64,000 nucleotides of DNA from Centroscyllium fabricii (Eukaryota): positions 104,408,001-104,472,000 of the forward strand of contig JBNRSN020000009.1 of NCBI GenBank assembly GCA_051313645.2, written 5' to 3'. Of the stretch, positions 24,704 to 37,000 are shown one piece after another (within the stretch, counting starts at the first letter, position 1; each line of letters opens with the position of its first letter). The position numbers and the translations under genes are program-made. Under the pieces are notes generated by a model that was given only the letters and a program-made list of their open reading frames with translations, was not told where the DNA came from and made no database searches.

Positions 24704-27700
24704 TCACGAATGGGGTCTCAGTCTTCCAAAAGGGAGATGGACCGAATGGTCGATCAGTACGGGCTGCGAGCCACCTTCCCGTACCTCGATAATGTGACCA
24801 TCTGCGGCCACGATCAGCAGGACCATGACGCCAACCTCCAGAAATTTCTCCACACCGCCAAAACACTCAACCTGACCTATAACACTGAAAAATGTGTGTT
24901 CAGGACCACCCGCCTCGCCATCCTCGGCAGTGTTGTGGAGAATGAGGTCATCAGTCCCGACCCGGACCGCATGCGCCCCCTCCTGGAGCTCCCCCTCCCC
25001 CACTCCCTCAAGGCCCTCAAAAGGTGCCTGGGGTTCTTCGCCTATTATGCCCAGTGGGTCCCCAACTATGCGGACAAAGCTCGCCCACTACTCAAATCAA
25101 CCTCATTCCCCCTGTCAGCAGATGCCCGCGCGGCGTTCTGCGGCATTAAGGACGACATTGCAAAGGCAACGATGCACACTGTGGACGAGTCCGTCCCGTT
25201 CCAGGTCGAGAGCGATGCATCGGACTTTGCCCTGGCCACCACCCTTCACCAGGCGGGTAGACCCGTGGCCTTCTTCTCACATACCCTCCAGGGCCCCGAG
25301 ACCCGTCACTCTTCAGTCGAGAAGGAGGCCCAGGCAATTGTTGAAGCAGTGCGTCACTGGAAGCACTACCTGGCCGGCAAGCGATTTACCCTGCTGACTG
25401 ACCAACGCTCAGTCGCTTTTATGTTCAACAACAAAGAGCGGGGTAAAATCAAGAATGACAAGATATTAAGGTGGAGAATTGAGCTCTCCGCGTTCAATTA
25501 TGATATCTTGTACCGGCCCGGAAAATTTAACGAGCCCCCAGACGCCCTATCCCGCGGTACATGTGCCAGCGCACAAGTAGACCATCTCCAAACCCTGCAC
25601 AACGACCTCTGCCACCCGGGGGTCACCAGGTTGGTTCACTTTGTGAAGTCCCGCAACCTCCCCATCTCCATCGAGGAAGTCAAGACCATGACCAGCAACT
25701 GCCAGGTCTGCGCGGAGTGCAAGCCGCACTTCTACCGGCCAGACCAGGCGCACCTGATCTAGGCCACCCGTCCCTTTGAATGACTCAGCGTCGATTTTAA
25801 AGGGCCCCTTCCCTCGGCCAACAGGAACGTGTACTTCCTTAACGTCATCGACGAGTACTCGCGCTTCCCCTTCGACATCCCCTGCCCGGACATGACCTCT
25901 GCCACTGTCATCAAGGCCCTCCGCAGCATTTTCTCCCTGTTCGGCTACCCCAGCTACATCCATAGCGACCGGAGGGCCTCTTTCATGAGTGGCGAGCTGC
26001 GTCAGTTCCTGCTAGCCAAAGGCATCGCTACTAGCAGGACTACCAGCTACAACCCCCGGGGGAATGGACAGGTAGAGAGGGAGAACGCCATGGTCTGGAA
26101 GGCCATCCTGTTAGCCCTGCGGTCTAAAGCCCTCCCAGGCTCCCGCTGGCAGGACATCCTCCCTGAAGCGCTCCACTCCATCCAGTCACTCCTTTGTACG
26201 GCCACTAATGCCACCCCTCACGAGCGACTTTTTGCCTTCCCCAGGAAGTCGGCTTCCGGGACCTCGCTGCCATCATGGCTATCATCCCTGGGATCAGTCC
26301 TACTCCGGAAGCACGTGAGGGGCCACAAGTCAGACCCCCTGGTCGAACGGGTCCACCTCCTGCACGCCAATCCCCAGTACGCCTACGTGGCGTACCCCGA
26401 TGGGAGGGAGGACACCGTGTCCATCAAGGACCTGGCACCAGCGGGGGCCCCCAAAACCCCCCCCCCGCCCAGCAGCCCGCGCCCCCGCGCCTGCCAGCCA
26501 CCCCACCCGGGCCACCGGCACCAAGGTACGCTCCCCGGCACGAGAATCAGGCACCATGGTACGTCCGCCCGGCACCTGTAGGCAGCACGGCATGGCCTCC
26601 GGCATGGCTCCATAGTGCACGCCCCCTAGAGTCAGACGACGAGGGGGAGAGCGCGCCACCAACTGTCACCGCAAGGGCACCGACAAGGGACCAACCGACT
26701 CAATCGGCTATCGTATGCCCACCGATATCCTCACCAGCGGTGCGATCAACACAACCGGCTGCTTCACGTCCGCCGACACCACCAGCGGTGCGCCGTTCCA
26801 CCAGGCTTACCAGGCCGCCTGAGAGACTAAACCTATAAATTGAAAGAACTGTCGCATTCACCCCGCCGGACTTTCGTTTTAAAGACGGGGTGAATGTGGT
26901 AAACCACTCTTCTATGTATTATATGTATATCTATCCACTCTGTCTTGTATATATATGTATTGTTGTAATCGTACTATTCACCATGTTGTATCATAGTTCA
27001 TTGTATACGATTACCTGGACATGCCCATGCTGGCTCCGCCTGCGACTCCTCCCTCCCGGGGCCAGGTACATAAGCGGCCGTCTCCCAAATCCCTGCCATT
27101 CCTGGGGACGGTCGACTAGCTGGTGCATGTCCACCTTTAGTGAATAAAAGCCGAATTGTTTTACCCTCTTAACTACTCGTCCACGAGGTCGTTATTTCGG
27201 TCACTCAGCCATTTCCAATGTTGGCTTCATTCTCCCGGTTTTTTCACTTTCCCGGCATGGGCCTAGTCCCGCCCATGCCGAATTAACGGTGCACAACCTG
27301 TATTACTTATTAGTTTGAATATGCAAGATAAAGACATTCACATAACAATTGGTGCCTGACAATGTATTAGTTAGCCTCAATATATTAGTTCAAGGCAGTC
27401 TTCCCAAGCAGAGACTGAGTTTGAATTTTGTCAACATAGGCTGATCTGCCATATATAACGTTGGTTTTAAACGTTAAAAATAATTTTTAATTCAATCTTG
27501 GGTTATAAAGAGCTCTCAAAAAAAAGTTCAGAATAAACATTTTACTCTGACTTCATGCTTGCACCACTCTGAGCCTCCAAAAGCTGAGGCGGTGGTGGCC
27601 AACACGTGGCCAACAGTAGATGCCAGGCACCTGTTCCCATACCACCTGGACCAGTAGGCCAGCTGTTGCAGTTGCTTATTCCAGTCGGAAAGCAATCTCT

Positions 27701-28400
27701 CTAAAAGCATCTGGGGAGGGGTGGGGGAGGCGAATTTGAAAAAAAAGTGTGTGTTTGTCAAATCTCATGAATAATATTAGTACATTTCAAAAGTTTATTG
27801 AGACAGTTATAGGAAAAGCCAAACTTGAAAACTTTGCATTATGTTTCTCCTCTCGCGGCATCAAATGCTCTTTGGCAAATAAAATGCCCAGATTTAATAG
27901 ACTGATGTGGTTTATCAGATCTATTATAGATACAAAAGGAATTGTTTGCCAGTCATGAGTGCGCTCACCAGCAACGAACAGTGTCCCAGCAGATAACTGG
28001 GTCCACACAGTGGAAGGGTTCATGGGGGCTCAGTTCAATTAACAGGTACCAATTCCCACTTTAAGTGGGCAAATCTGCACTAATGCTACAGCTTCCTCGA
28101 AGAAGCTTGATTTCCTTTCTTCTGCGAAACACTTATTCCTCCCTCATTCTTACTTCTCCATAAAGTCAAAGCCTGTCTGAAATTTGAAAAGTGCTCTTAC
28201 ATCGAAGGAGGCTTTTCTAGCACTGCTTTCTACTCTTAGTCACTATACAAGAAAACAGCTTGAGGTCTTGTGATTCTTCTTTCATCTTCAGCCCCAACCT
28301 TTCTCTCTCTCCATTGTAGCCTTATCAACAGTTTTTTTATTCCTATTACTATGGTCATTTCTGCATTGTCGGTACAGTAGCATTGTGGTTATAGAGTCAT

Positions 28401-29716
28401 AGGCCTAAAAATGTGGTTGCTTTGCACCTCCTGTTAAGGCCCTGTCACACCTAGACGTTTTAGCCAGCGTATGCAAATTTGGCTAAAACGCTGGGTTACG
28501 TCGGATACGTTATGGGTACGTTACGAGAACGCTGGGCATACGCTGGGCATACGTTGCATACGTCGTTGTACTTTGAGTAAGTCGAGAATTTTTGAGCATG
28601 CACAAAAAATCTCGACTTATCCAGCGTATGACTCACACGTTCCGCATACGCTGGCCATACGTTGTAGGCACGTTAGGCGATCGTTGAACACACTTTACCT
28701 GTGCCCCTGTCATGCCCTGTCACAACTTGACGATTTAGTATGCCAACGTATCAAAATTTATCTAAAACGTCGGCAATACGCTGCCGCGCGCTATGCATAC
28801 GTTAGACTATCGTTGGGCATAAGTTGTGAACGCCGACAACACGCTAAGCATTCGTTGGTATAAGTTATCTGTAAGTTATCGATACGTTCTGTGTACGTTA
28901 CTAATACGTTATGCATACGTTATGAATACGCTATTTACGCCCAAAACTGAAAAAAAGTCAAAAATTCAGCGTTTTAGCCAAATTTGCATACGCTGGCTAA
29001 AACGTCTAGGTGTGACAGGGCCTTTAGCGCCTTAAGAGGGAGCTAATGGGGCGCAAAGCAACTAGCACCCGGGTGCAGTGGTGCCAACACCCCCCGCGAA
29101 ATTCAGCGGGAAGTTAGTGGCTGCGATAACCGTTAGCACCCCGTGGCAATTACATCATCAACGTGGACAGCGCCCCGGCCGCGATCTTCGGTAGCGCCTC
29201 CTGACTTACCGCCGGACGCTATGTTCAACAGGGTCAGGAGGCCTACCTGTGGCCGGGGTGGCGCTAATTAAAGGAAAGGTGCCGGGCAGCCATTTTTGTT
29301 GGGGGCCGCCTGCCAGCACCTGCCCCCTCTGCTGTCCCTGGCCTCCTCTGAAGCTCCCCGGCAGAGTGCCGGCTGTGCTCCATGAGCCCGGCACTTCTCG
29401 ACTGCCGGGCTCTTCTGCCGGCATTCAGATCCCTGCTGGCCCAACTGGGCTCCAGGAGGTGCTGCACAAAGCCCCTCCCCTTTAAGAAGAGGAGGAAGGC
29501 CTGCAGTACTGCAGCGCGACACATGCCGCAGTGCGCGATATTCACTCGCAGCGCCCCAAGAGGGAGGCGGGACACTTCCACTAGCAGCCAGCTTCCTTCT
29601 TGGGGCACTGTTGATGAATCTCGGCCACGGGGGGGTGCTAATTTTATTCGTGGTGCTAAAAGTAATGCCCTGGTGAAGTGAGCACCCCAAAGGAGGCATG
29701 ACACAATCTTTCCCCC
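28401..29716. mobile_element. Second copy of GG-terminal family H1, interrupted by a Harbinger MITE
   Basis: 29027-29716 is similar to 4946-5590 and ends CAATCTTTCCCCC. The left end is degenerate. Confidence 0.55.
28437..29023. mobile_element. PIF/Harbinger (Tourist-like) MITE
   Basis: Perfect 57-bp TIRs (28437-28493 and 28967-29023). TTA TSD at 28434-28436 and 29024-29026. The empty site GTTAGCGCC is seen in the paralogue near 4941. Confidence 0.9.
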
Positions 29717-31295
29717 ATACAGTCATAACGGCACAGAAGGAGGCCATTCGGCCCATCGAGTCTATGCCGGCTCTCATCAGAGCAATCCAGTCAGTCCCAT
29801 CCCCCCGCTCTATCCCCGCAACCCTGCATGTTTATTTCCCTCAAGTGCCTATCCAGTCTCCCCTTGAAAACATAGAGTGTCTCCGCTTCCACCACTTCCG
29901 TTGGCAGAGCGTTCCAGGCCTACACCACTTACCACATAAAAAAGTTTTCCCTCACATCCCCCCTGTATCTCTTGCTCAAAACCTTAAATCTGCATCCCCT
30001 AGTCCTTGTACCATCAACTAGTGGGAGCAGCCTTTCCCCGTCTAGCCTATCGAAACCCGTCATAATCTTGTACACCTCTATCAAATCACCCCTCAACCTC
30101 TTTTGCTCTAATTAAATCAAATCCAGCTTCTCCAACCTGTCCTTGTAGCTAAGATCCCCCATCCCCAGAACCATTCTGGTAAATCTCCTCTGCACCCTGT
30201 CAAGTTCCTTCACATCCTTCCTAAAGTGTGGTGACCAGAACTGGACGCAATACTCCAGTTGTGGCCTAACCAACGCTTTATAAAGGTTCAGCATAACTTC
30301 TCTACTTTTGTACTCAATACCTCTATTTATGAAATCCAAGATCCCATATGCTTTGTTAACCACTTTCTCAATATGTCCTGCCACCTTCAGGGACCTGTGC
30401 ACATTAACTCCAAGGTCCCTCTGTCCCTGCACACATTTTAAAACTGCGGCATTAAGTAAATATTGCCTCGCTCTGTTCTTTCTGCCAAAATGCATCACCT
30501 CACACTTCTCTATATTAAATTCCATCGGCCACTTGTCTGCCCATTCTGCTTGCCTTTCTATGTCCTGTTGCAGTTGATTGGTATCATTATCACTGTTTGC
30601 CACAAACCAAGTTTGGTGTCATCGGCAAATTTAGAAATTCTACTCTGTATTCCAATAGCCAGCTCAACAAAAATAAAATGGTCCCAGCACTGACCCTTGG
30701 GGGACACCACTGTCTACCATCCTCCAGTCTGGAAAACAGCCATTTACCACAACTCGCTGTTTTCTGTCTTTAAGCCAATTCCTTATCCAAGCTACCACTG
30801 ACCCACCTATTCCATGAGCCTCAATTTTTTTAACCAGCTTTCTATGTGGTACTTTGTCAAACGCCTCCGAAAATCCATGTCGACAACATCCATTACATTC
30901 CCTTCATCAATCCTCTGTTACTTCATCAAAAAATTCAATTAGATTAGTCAAACACAATCTGCCTTTTACAAATCCGTGTTGGCTCTCCTTAATTAGCTTA
31001 AACCTCTCCAAGTGCCCGTTAATTTTTTCCTTTATTATTGTTTCTAAAACTTTACCCACCACTGATGTTAAACTGACTGACCTGTGGTTACTTGGATTGT
31101 GCTTGCACCCTTTCTTGAACAATGGTATCACAATTGCCACTTTCCAGTCCTCAGGCACCTCCCCTGCATCTAGGGAAGATTGGAAAATTACGGCAAGCCC
31201 TTCCACTATCTTCTCCCCCAATTCCCTTAGCAATCTAGGATGCAAGCCATCTGGACCAGGCGACTAATCCACTCTATGCATACCCAACCTTTCGA
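29717..31295 (-). mobile_element. CR1 LINE, 5'-truncated and degraded
   Basis: ORF fragments 30907-31245 (QHGFVKGRLCLTNLIEFF) and 30112-30603 (RPQLEYCVQFWSP). Confidence 0.9.
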
Positions 31296-31332
31296 GTACA
31301 ACCTGTTACTGGACTAATGATCCGGAGACCAA

Positions 31333-32694
31333 GGGGGCGATTTTCCCACTGGAAGCGAGATGGAGGCAGGTTTCAGTTTGGGTGGGTTTGAAACTTGCCC
31401 CCATTGATGTGAAAATCGCACATTTTTGAAACATATGATTGGCCACTTGATTTCAGAGGTGTGGGGTGCCCTTGCTCGATTAGTGTTTTGGGACTCAAAC
31501 TCGCCTCTGTCAACAGCACTTTTCCAGTCTGATTTTATGGCTTCTTGCTCCCTTGCCTCATTCCACAGCATTTCTGTATCTCCTGCACCACCTCCAGCAT
31601 CTTTTGAGAAACCACTATGTCCAATTCCAAGGCACGGGCCTACCCAAGGCTCTCGGATGAGGCGCTGCATATGTTGTTTGAGGGGGTGACAGTGAGCATG
31701 GAGGTGCTCTCCCACTCATCTCAGAGGAAGAGGCCTGCCAACGAAACCAAGGCTGTGTGGGTACAGCTGGCAAGGGATATAACCTCTAGACCTGTGTGCA
31801 GATTGGGAGACTGTTTCTGTGTATTGATGAAATGCCATCCCTGTTGGAAAGCATTAAAATGATTTGAAGCCAAAATGTTGTCGTTATGCCATCTGTTCTT
31901 TCGCCTTAGGCAGCTCCACATTGCGGGCACCGTCACACTTGCGTTGTCAGGTTGGTGGCCTGTGTGAAAGGAGGACAGAGTGTCATGTCCATTGTCAATG
32001 ATTTCCTAGGATGTAGTCAAGGGCATGTGCCAACTTGGGCAACCTTTGCAAATCTGGCCATGATAAGTTCATTCCTTGCATCCCGGGCAGCCATGTGCTC
32101 TTGTGCTGCTGCTGGTCAATACACCGGCGCTCTGACCTCCTCCTGCTCTTCCTCCTCCTCATCCACATCGGAGGTCCATGCAGAAAGAAAATGAATGGTT
32201 CCCATGTTGCTTGTAGATGTCTCCTTTGGGGATATGCTGTTTGCAAGCGGGGAGAGGGTCTTCCAAGGAGGTCCCACAGTTGATTGAGTCAAGCTGCAGC
32301 TCCTTCGACTTCAGAAGACCTTCTAAAAGTGCTCAAAGACCTTTCAAAGCCAAGGTCTGGCAACTGCAAGTAATCCTTGCTGCAATAAATTATATCTTGT
32401 TAGGCCACTCACAAGTCAACCCGACAGGTTTACCTGGCGTGGTTTAGGAGGTGCGTGGAGTACACCGAAATACTGGAAAAATCTGGAGGGCCTCTCAAAA
32501 TAGGCTTAGAGAGCCCCATAACGAGTATTTAAGGATCTTTAATAGCGCAATGGCCAGCTGGAGGCGGGAGCGTTTCCCGACTTCCAAAACCGGTACCAGC
32601 AAAATCCCACGGATTCGGCATCTGAACCTGACCTCTTCGATTCGGATTTTCCCGCCTCCAAACTCGCCTCCTCCAATGTCAGAAAATCACCCGC
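31333..32694. mobile_element. Internally deleted Harbinger-like element with a Myb/SANT-like ORF remnant (31617-31790)
   Basis: Ends GGGGGCGATTTTC and GAAAATCACCCGC. Peptide ARAYPRLSDEALHMLFEGV...RKRPANETKAVWVQLARDITS resembles Harbinger Myb-like proteins. Confidence 0.55.
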
Positions 32695-32696
32695 AT

Positions 32697-32900
32697 TAGT
32701 TCAAATCCCATCCCAGCAGCTGTGGAATTTAAATTCAGTTAATTAAATAAATCTGGAATAAAAAGCTAATATCAGTAATGGTGATCAGACAACTATCGGA
32801 TTGTCGTAAAAACCCATCTGGTTCACTAATGTCCTTCAGGGAAGGAAATCTGCCGTCCTTACCTGGTCTGGCCTATATGTGACTCCAGATCCATAGCATT
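32697..32900 (+). mobile_element. tRNA-derived SINE body (possibly Meta-domain type); head at ~31305-31330, tail at ~39190-39330
   Basis: B box AGTTCAAATCCC and core CCCATCTGGTTCACTAATGTCCTTCAGGGAAGG. The tail resembles the 3' end of the LINE at 57285-57983. Confidence 0.55.
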
Positions 32901-33154
32901 GGCCCAGAAATTTGGGTCGGAGGCTTCCCGCAGGTGTAAGCCTCCAACCTGCACTTACCTCACTGGCTGTTGAGCTGTGGGCCCGCGTGGAATTCCATTC
33001 CTGGGCCTCCTCCAACTGCGGGAGCGCAATGCTTACGTGTCCCAGTTAGAGCGATGCATCCCCTGAGATCATGTGGACCATGGAGAGCCAATCGGAGCAG
33101 GGAATGCTTCATTCATAAGTTTGACAGGAAGAGCTGTCAAAACTATGAATACTA

Positions 33155-33707
33155 CAGGTTGAGCACCGTTAATCCGGCACGGGAAGGACCAGGCCAGTGC
33201 CGGGAAAGTGAAAATCCCGAACGATTGAAGCTTCGGCGAGCGCATGCGCAGACCATTCAAAATGGCCACCGCGAAATGCCGGCGGACATTTTGAGTGGTC
33301 TGCGCATGCGCTTATCGTTCGGTAAGGCCCGGCTCGGTAAGGCGAGGCCCGGCTCGGGAAGCCCCAGCCCGGCTCGGGAAGGCTCAGTAAGGCCCGGCCA
33401 GGCTTGGTAAGGTGAGGCCCGGCTCGGGAAGGCTCCGTAAGGCGAGGCCCGGTTCAGGAAGCCCCGACTCGGGAAGGCCCGGCCCAGGATTGTTCGGCAG
33501 CACATGCGCAGATCATTAAAAACTTCACGGCGGCCATTGTGAATGATCTGTGCATGAGCTCACTGTTCGGCAGCGCATGCGCAGATCATTCACTGAAGCA
33601 TCAATCATGGCTGCCATTTTGCACATGCGCAGGGCAGTCGGGGCAATTTGTTCCGGAAGTCTGAAGCTGCCGACTTATTGGATAACGGATTAACTGTGCA
33701 CAACCTG
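33155..33707. mobile_element. Tigger-like MITE, uninterrupted, with internal GC-rich ~15-bp repeats (33325-33485)
   Basis: CAGGTTGAGCACCG...CTGTGCACAACCTG with TA on both sides. The empty site is seen in the H3 paralogue near 42807. Confidence 0.85.
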
Positions 33708-34065
33708 TATAAGCCCCAAAACATCACTAAAACTTCAAATATATATTTTTTAAATCATATTTTTAAAATAACATGAAAAAACTATTTTAAACAACAATTT
33801 AAATTTTTGAAAAAATTAATTATATTTTCTAACGGGGCTAAAAATAAACTTACCTTTCTTTAAAGTATTTAAAAATAATAAACCTGTGGAAAAAATGTTT
33901 TAATTTTAATTAATTCACCACTTAACTTGTTAAAAGCAAGTCTCACGCCTGCTTTTTACTTTTGAAAAATCTTCAGACTTACCCGCATGTAAAAACCTGT
34001 AAAAAAAACTAAGTGCAATGCGCACGCGCTGCCGCACCCGTGCATGCGCTACACCTCTTAGCCCC

Positions 34066-37000
34066 TGACGTATCGTCAATATCCCGAGATTAAAAGACAC
34101 GATGAGTAGTTACCGTTACTATCGGCTTTTAATCACTAAGATTGGAGCTACTCTCCGAACGAACATCTGAACAGGAATGAGGAGCCTTGGCCAGTCTCCA
34201 CCTATAAGGCCTCACCTGGGGGAGGAGTTAGGGGTGTGGCTGACCTGGCTCCCGACAGTATTACACCGGTATTACAGGGCTGCGTATTACATATATGCAG
34301 CCCATTATTGATTACAATAATGCAGTGGTATAACATACAATATGGTTACCACATTCACCCCTTCTTGAAAATTTTAAGTCCGAGGGGGTGAATGGACCGA
34401 GCAGTTTACTATAAGTCTGTCCGGCGGTCGTGTCTGCCTGGAGGACCGCCGGCGTTCCGGTGGTGGCCCTTCCTGGTCCGTGCCCCTCGAGTCCGCCGGT
34501 GGTGGCAGTGGCTCTGGTGCCGTGGTTTCTGGTGACGATGGATCCAGCTGGTCTGAGCCATCTGGGTGGTAGTCCTCTACTGGCAACTGCTGGGGCTCTG
34601 GGAAACTCGGGGCCCATCGTATACTTGGTGGGTGTTCTAGATACTGTGGCTGAGCAGCCTGCTGGCCGACCAGGGGCTCTGCGGTGGTGCTTCCTGCGGG
34701 CGCCAGGTCCCTGATGGATACGGTGTCCTCACGCCCGTCCGGGAACTGCACAAATGCATAATGCGGGTTCGCATGCAGGAGCTGCACCTTGTCCACCAGG
34801 GGGTCGGTCTTGTGGCTCCAGACATGTCTCCTAAGGAAGACCGGCCCCGGTGTCGTGAGTCATGGAGGAAGAGCTGTCCCCGAAGTCGACTTCCTAGGGA
34901 AAGCAAAAATCAGATCATGAGGGGCGGTGTTAGTAGCTGTACACAGGAGCGAGCGTATAGAGTGCAGCGCGTCTGGGAGGACTGTCTGCCAATGGGCCAC
35001 TGGAAGGCCTCTGGACCAGGGTGACCGCCTTCCAAATGATCCCATTCTCCCTTTCTACCTGGCCGTTCCCCCGGGGGTTATAACTGGTCGTTCTGCTCGT
35101 GGCAACCCCTTTCTGGAGCAGAAACTGGCGCAGTTCATCGCTCATGAACGATGACCCCCGGTCACTATGAATGTAGCTGGGGAGACCGAAAATGGCGAAC
35201 AGCGTGGTGAAGTGTTTTATCACCGTTGCGCTCGTCATATCTGCGCTGGGGAAGGCAAAGGGGAAGCGGGAGAACTCATCTACGACCGTGAGGAAGTATG
35301 AGTTGCGGTCGGTGGTGGGGAGGGGGCATTTGAAGTCCACGCTGAGACGTTCAAAGGGGCGGGTGGCCTTAATGAGGTGCGCCGTGTCTGGCCGGAAAAA
35401 GTGGGGTTTGCACTCGGCGCAGACAGGGCACTCTCGGGTCATAGCCTTGATCTCCGTGATGGAGTAGGGGAGGCTACGGGATCTAACAAAGTGGGCGAGT
35501 CTGGTGACACCCGGGTGGCAAAGGCGGTCGTGGAGATCCTTCAACCGGTCCAGCTGGGCACTGGTGCACGTTCCCCTGGACAGTGCGTCCGGGGGTTCAT
35601 TGAGTTTACCTGGTCGGTAAAGAATGTCGTACTCGTAAGTCGAGAGTTCGATCCACCACCGCAGGATCTTATCATCCTTGATTTTACCCCGTTGTTTATT
35701 ATTAAACATAAACGCCACCGAAAGTTGGTCGGTGAGCAGGGTAAAACGCTTACCGGACTGGTAATGACGCCAGTAGCGCACGGCCTCCACGATGGCCTGG
35801 GCCTCCTTTTCCACTGCAGAGTGGCGAGTTTCGGGTCCCTGTAAGGTGCGGGAGAAAAACGCTATGGGCCTGCCTGCCTGATTCAGGGTGGCAGCAAGTG
35901 CAAAGTCCGAAGCGTCGCTCTCCACCTGGAAGGGAATGGATTCATCAACAGCGAGCATGGTCGCTTTGATGATGTCTTCCTTTATCCGGGCGAATGCCAT
36001 TTGGGCTTCTACCGAAAGGGGGAAAACGGCAGCCTTGAGGAGTGGTCTAGCCTTGTCCGCGAACTGTGGGACCCATTGTGCGTAATAGGAGAAAAATCCT
36101 CGGCATCTCCTCAAGGCTTTAGGGTTGTGAGGTAGGGCCAGTTCTTGTAGGGGGAGCATACGCTGTGGGTCGGGGCCGAGGACCCCGTTCTCCACCACGT
36201 ATCCGAGGATGGCGAGCCGGTCTGTATTAAAGACACATTTGTCTTTGTTATACGTGAGGTCCAGCTTATCCGCCGTGTCGAGAAATCTGGCCAGGTTGGC
36301 ATCGTGGTCCTGCTGGTCGTGGCCGCAGATGGTCACGTTGTCCAGGTAAGGGAAAGTGGCCTGCAACTCGTTTTGGTCAACCATGCGGTCCATCTCCCGC
36401 TGGAACACTGACACTCCGTTGCTCACGCCAAAGGGGACCCGGAGGAAGTGGTAGAGCCGACTGTTCGCCTCGAAGGCAGTGTAGGGGCGGTTGGCTTTCC
36501 GGGTCGGGAGCTGGTGATACGCCGATTTAAGGTCGATCGTGGAGAACACCTTGTACTGGGCGATCTGATTGACCATTTCCGAGATGCGGGGAAGGCGGTA
36601 GGCGTCGAGCCCGGTGTAGCGGTTAATAGTCTGGCTGTAATCGATCACCAGCCATTGTTTCTCGCCAGACTTTACCACTACTACCTGGGCGCGCCAGGGG
36701 CTGGTGCTGGCTTCGATTATCCCCTCCTTCAGCATCCGCCCGACCTCCGACCTGATAAACGTGCGATCCCCCACACTGTACCGCCGACTCTTGGTAGCAA
36801 TAGGTTTGCACTTGGGGTCGAGGTTGGCGAACAGCGAGGGGGGGTCGATTTTCAGGGTAGAGAGGCCGCAGGCCGGGCTCCGCTTTGGGAAGGGATTGTC
36901 CCGGCTACTGACGGTGAGGGGGGGCAAGGTCCCGCTGAACTCCATTGTCACGCTCTTGAGGTGGCACTGGAAATCCAGACCTAGTAAGGCTGGGGCACAC

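Larger units (their letters stand above)
18019..26838 (+). pseudogene. E3 gag-pol, split inside RT by E4
   Basis: Gag from MEAMLKP, LFDSGS, RT ...RVPFGVT resuming as NGVSVFQ at 24709, YLDN, IN. Several stops and frameshifts. Confidence 0.9.
17690..27205 (+). mobile_element. Ty3/Gypsy LTR retrotransposon E3 (divergent Mag-like family), interrupted by E4
   Basis: LTRs 17690-17996 and 26895-27205 (terminal A reads T). Flanks GCAGC / CAGC, an imperfect TSD. PPT AAAGACGGGGTGAA. Confidence 0.93.
12201..27300. mobile_element. Tigger-like MITE (~0.8 kb of own sequence) expanded by E2, E3 and E4
   Basis: TIR CAGGTTGTGCACCG at 12201 and its reverse complement ending at 27300, TA on both sides. Both ends match the uninterrupted copy 33155-33707 in reverse orientation. 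Confidence 0.85.
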
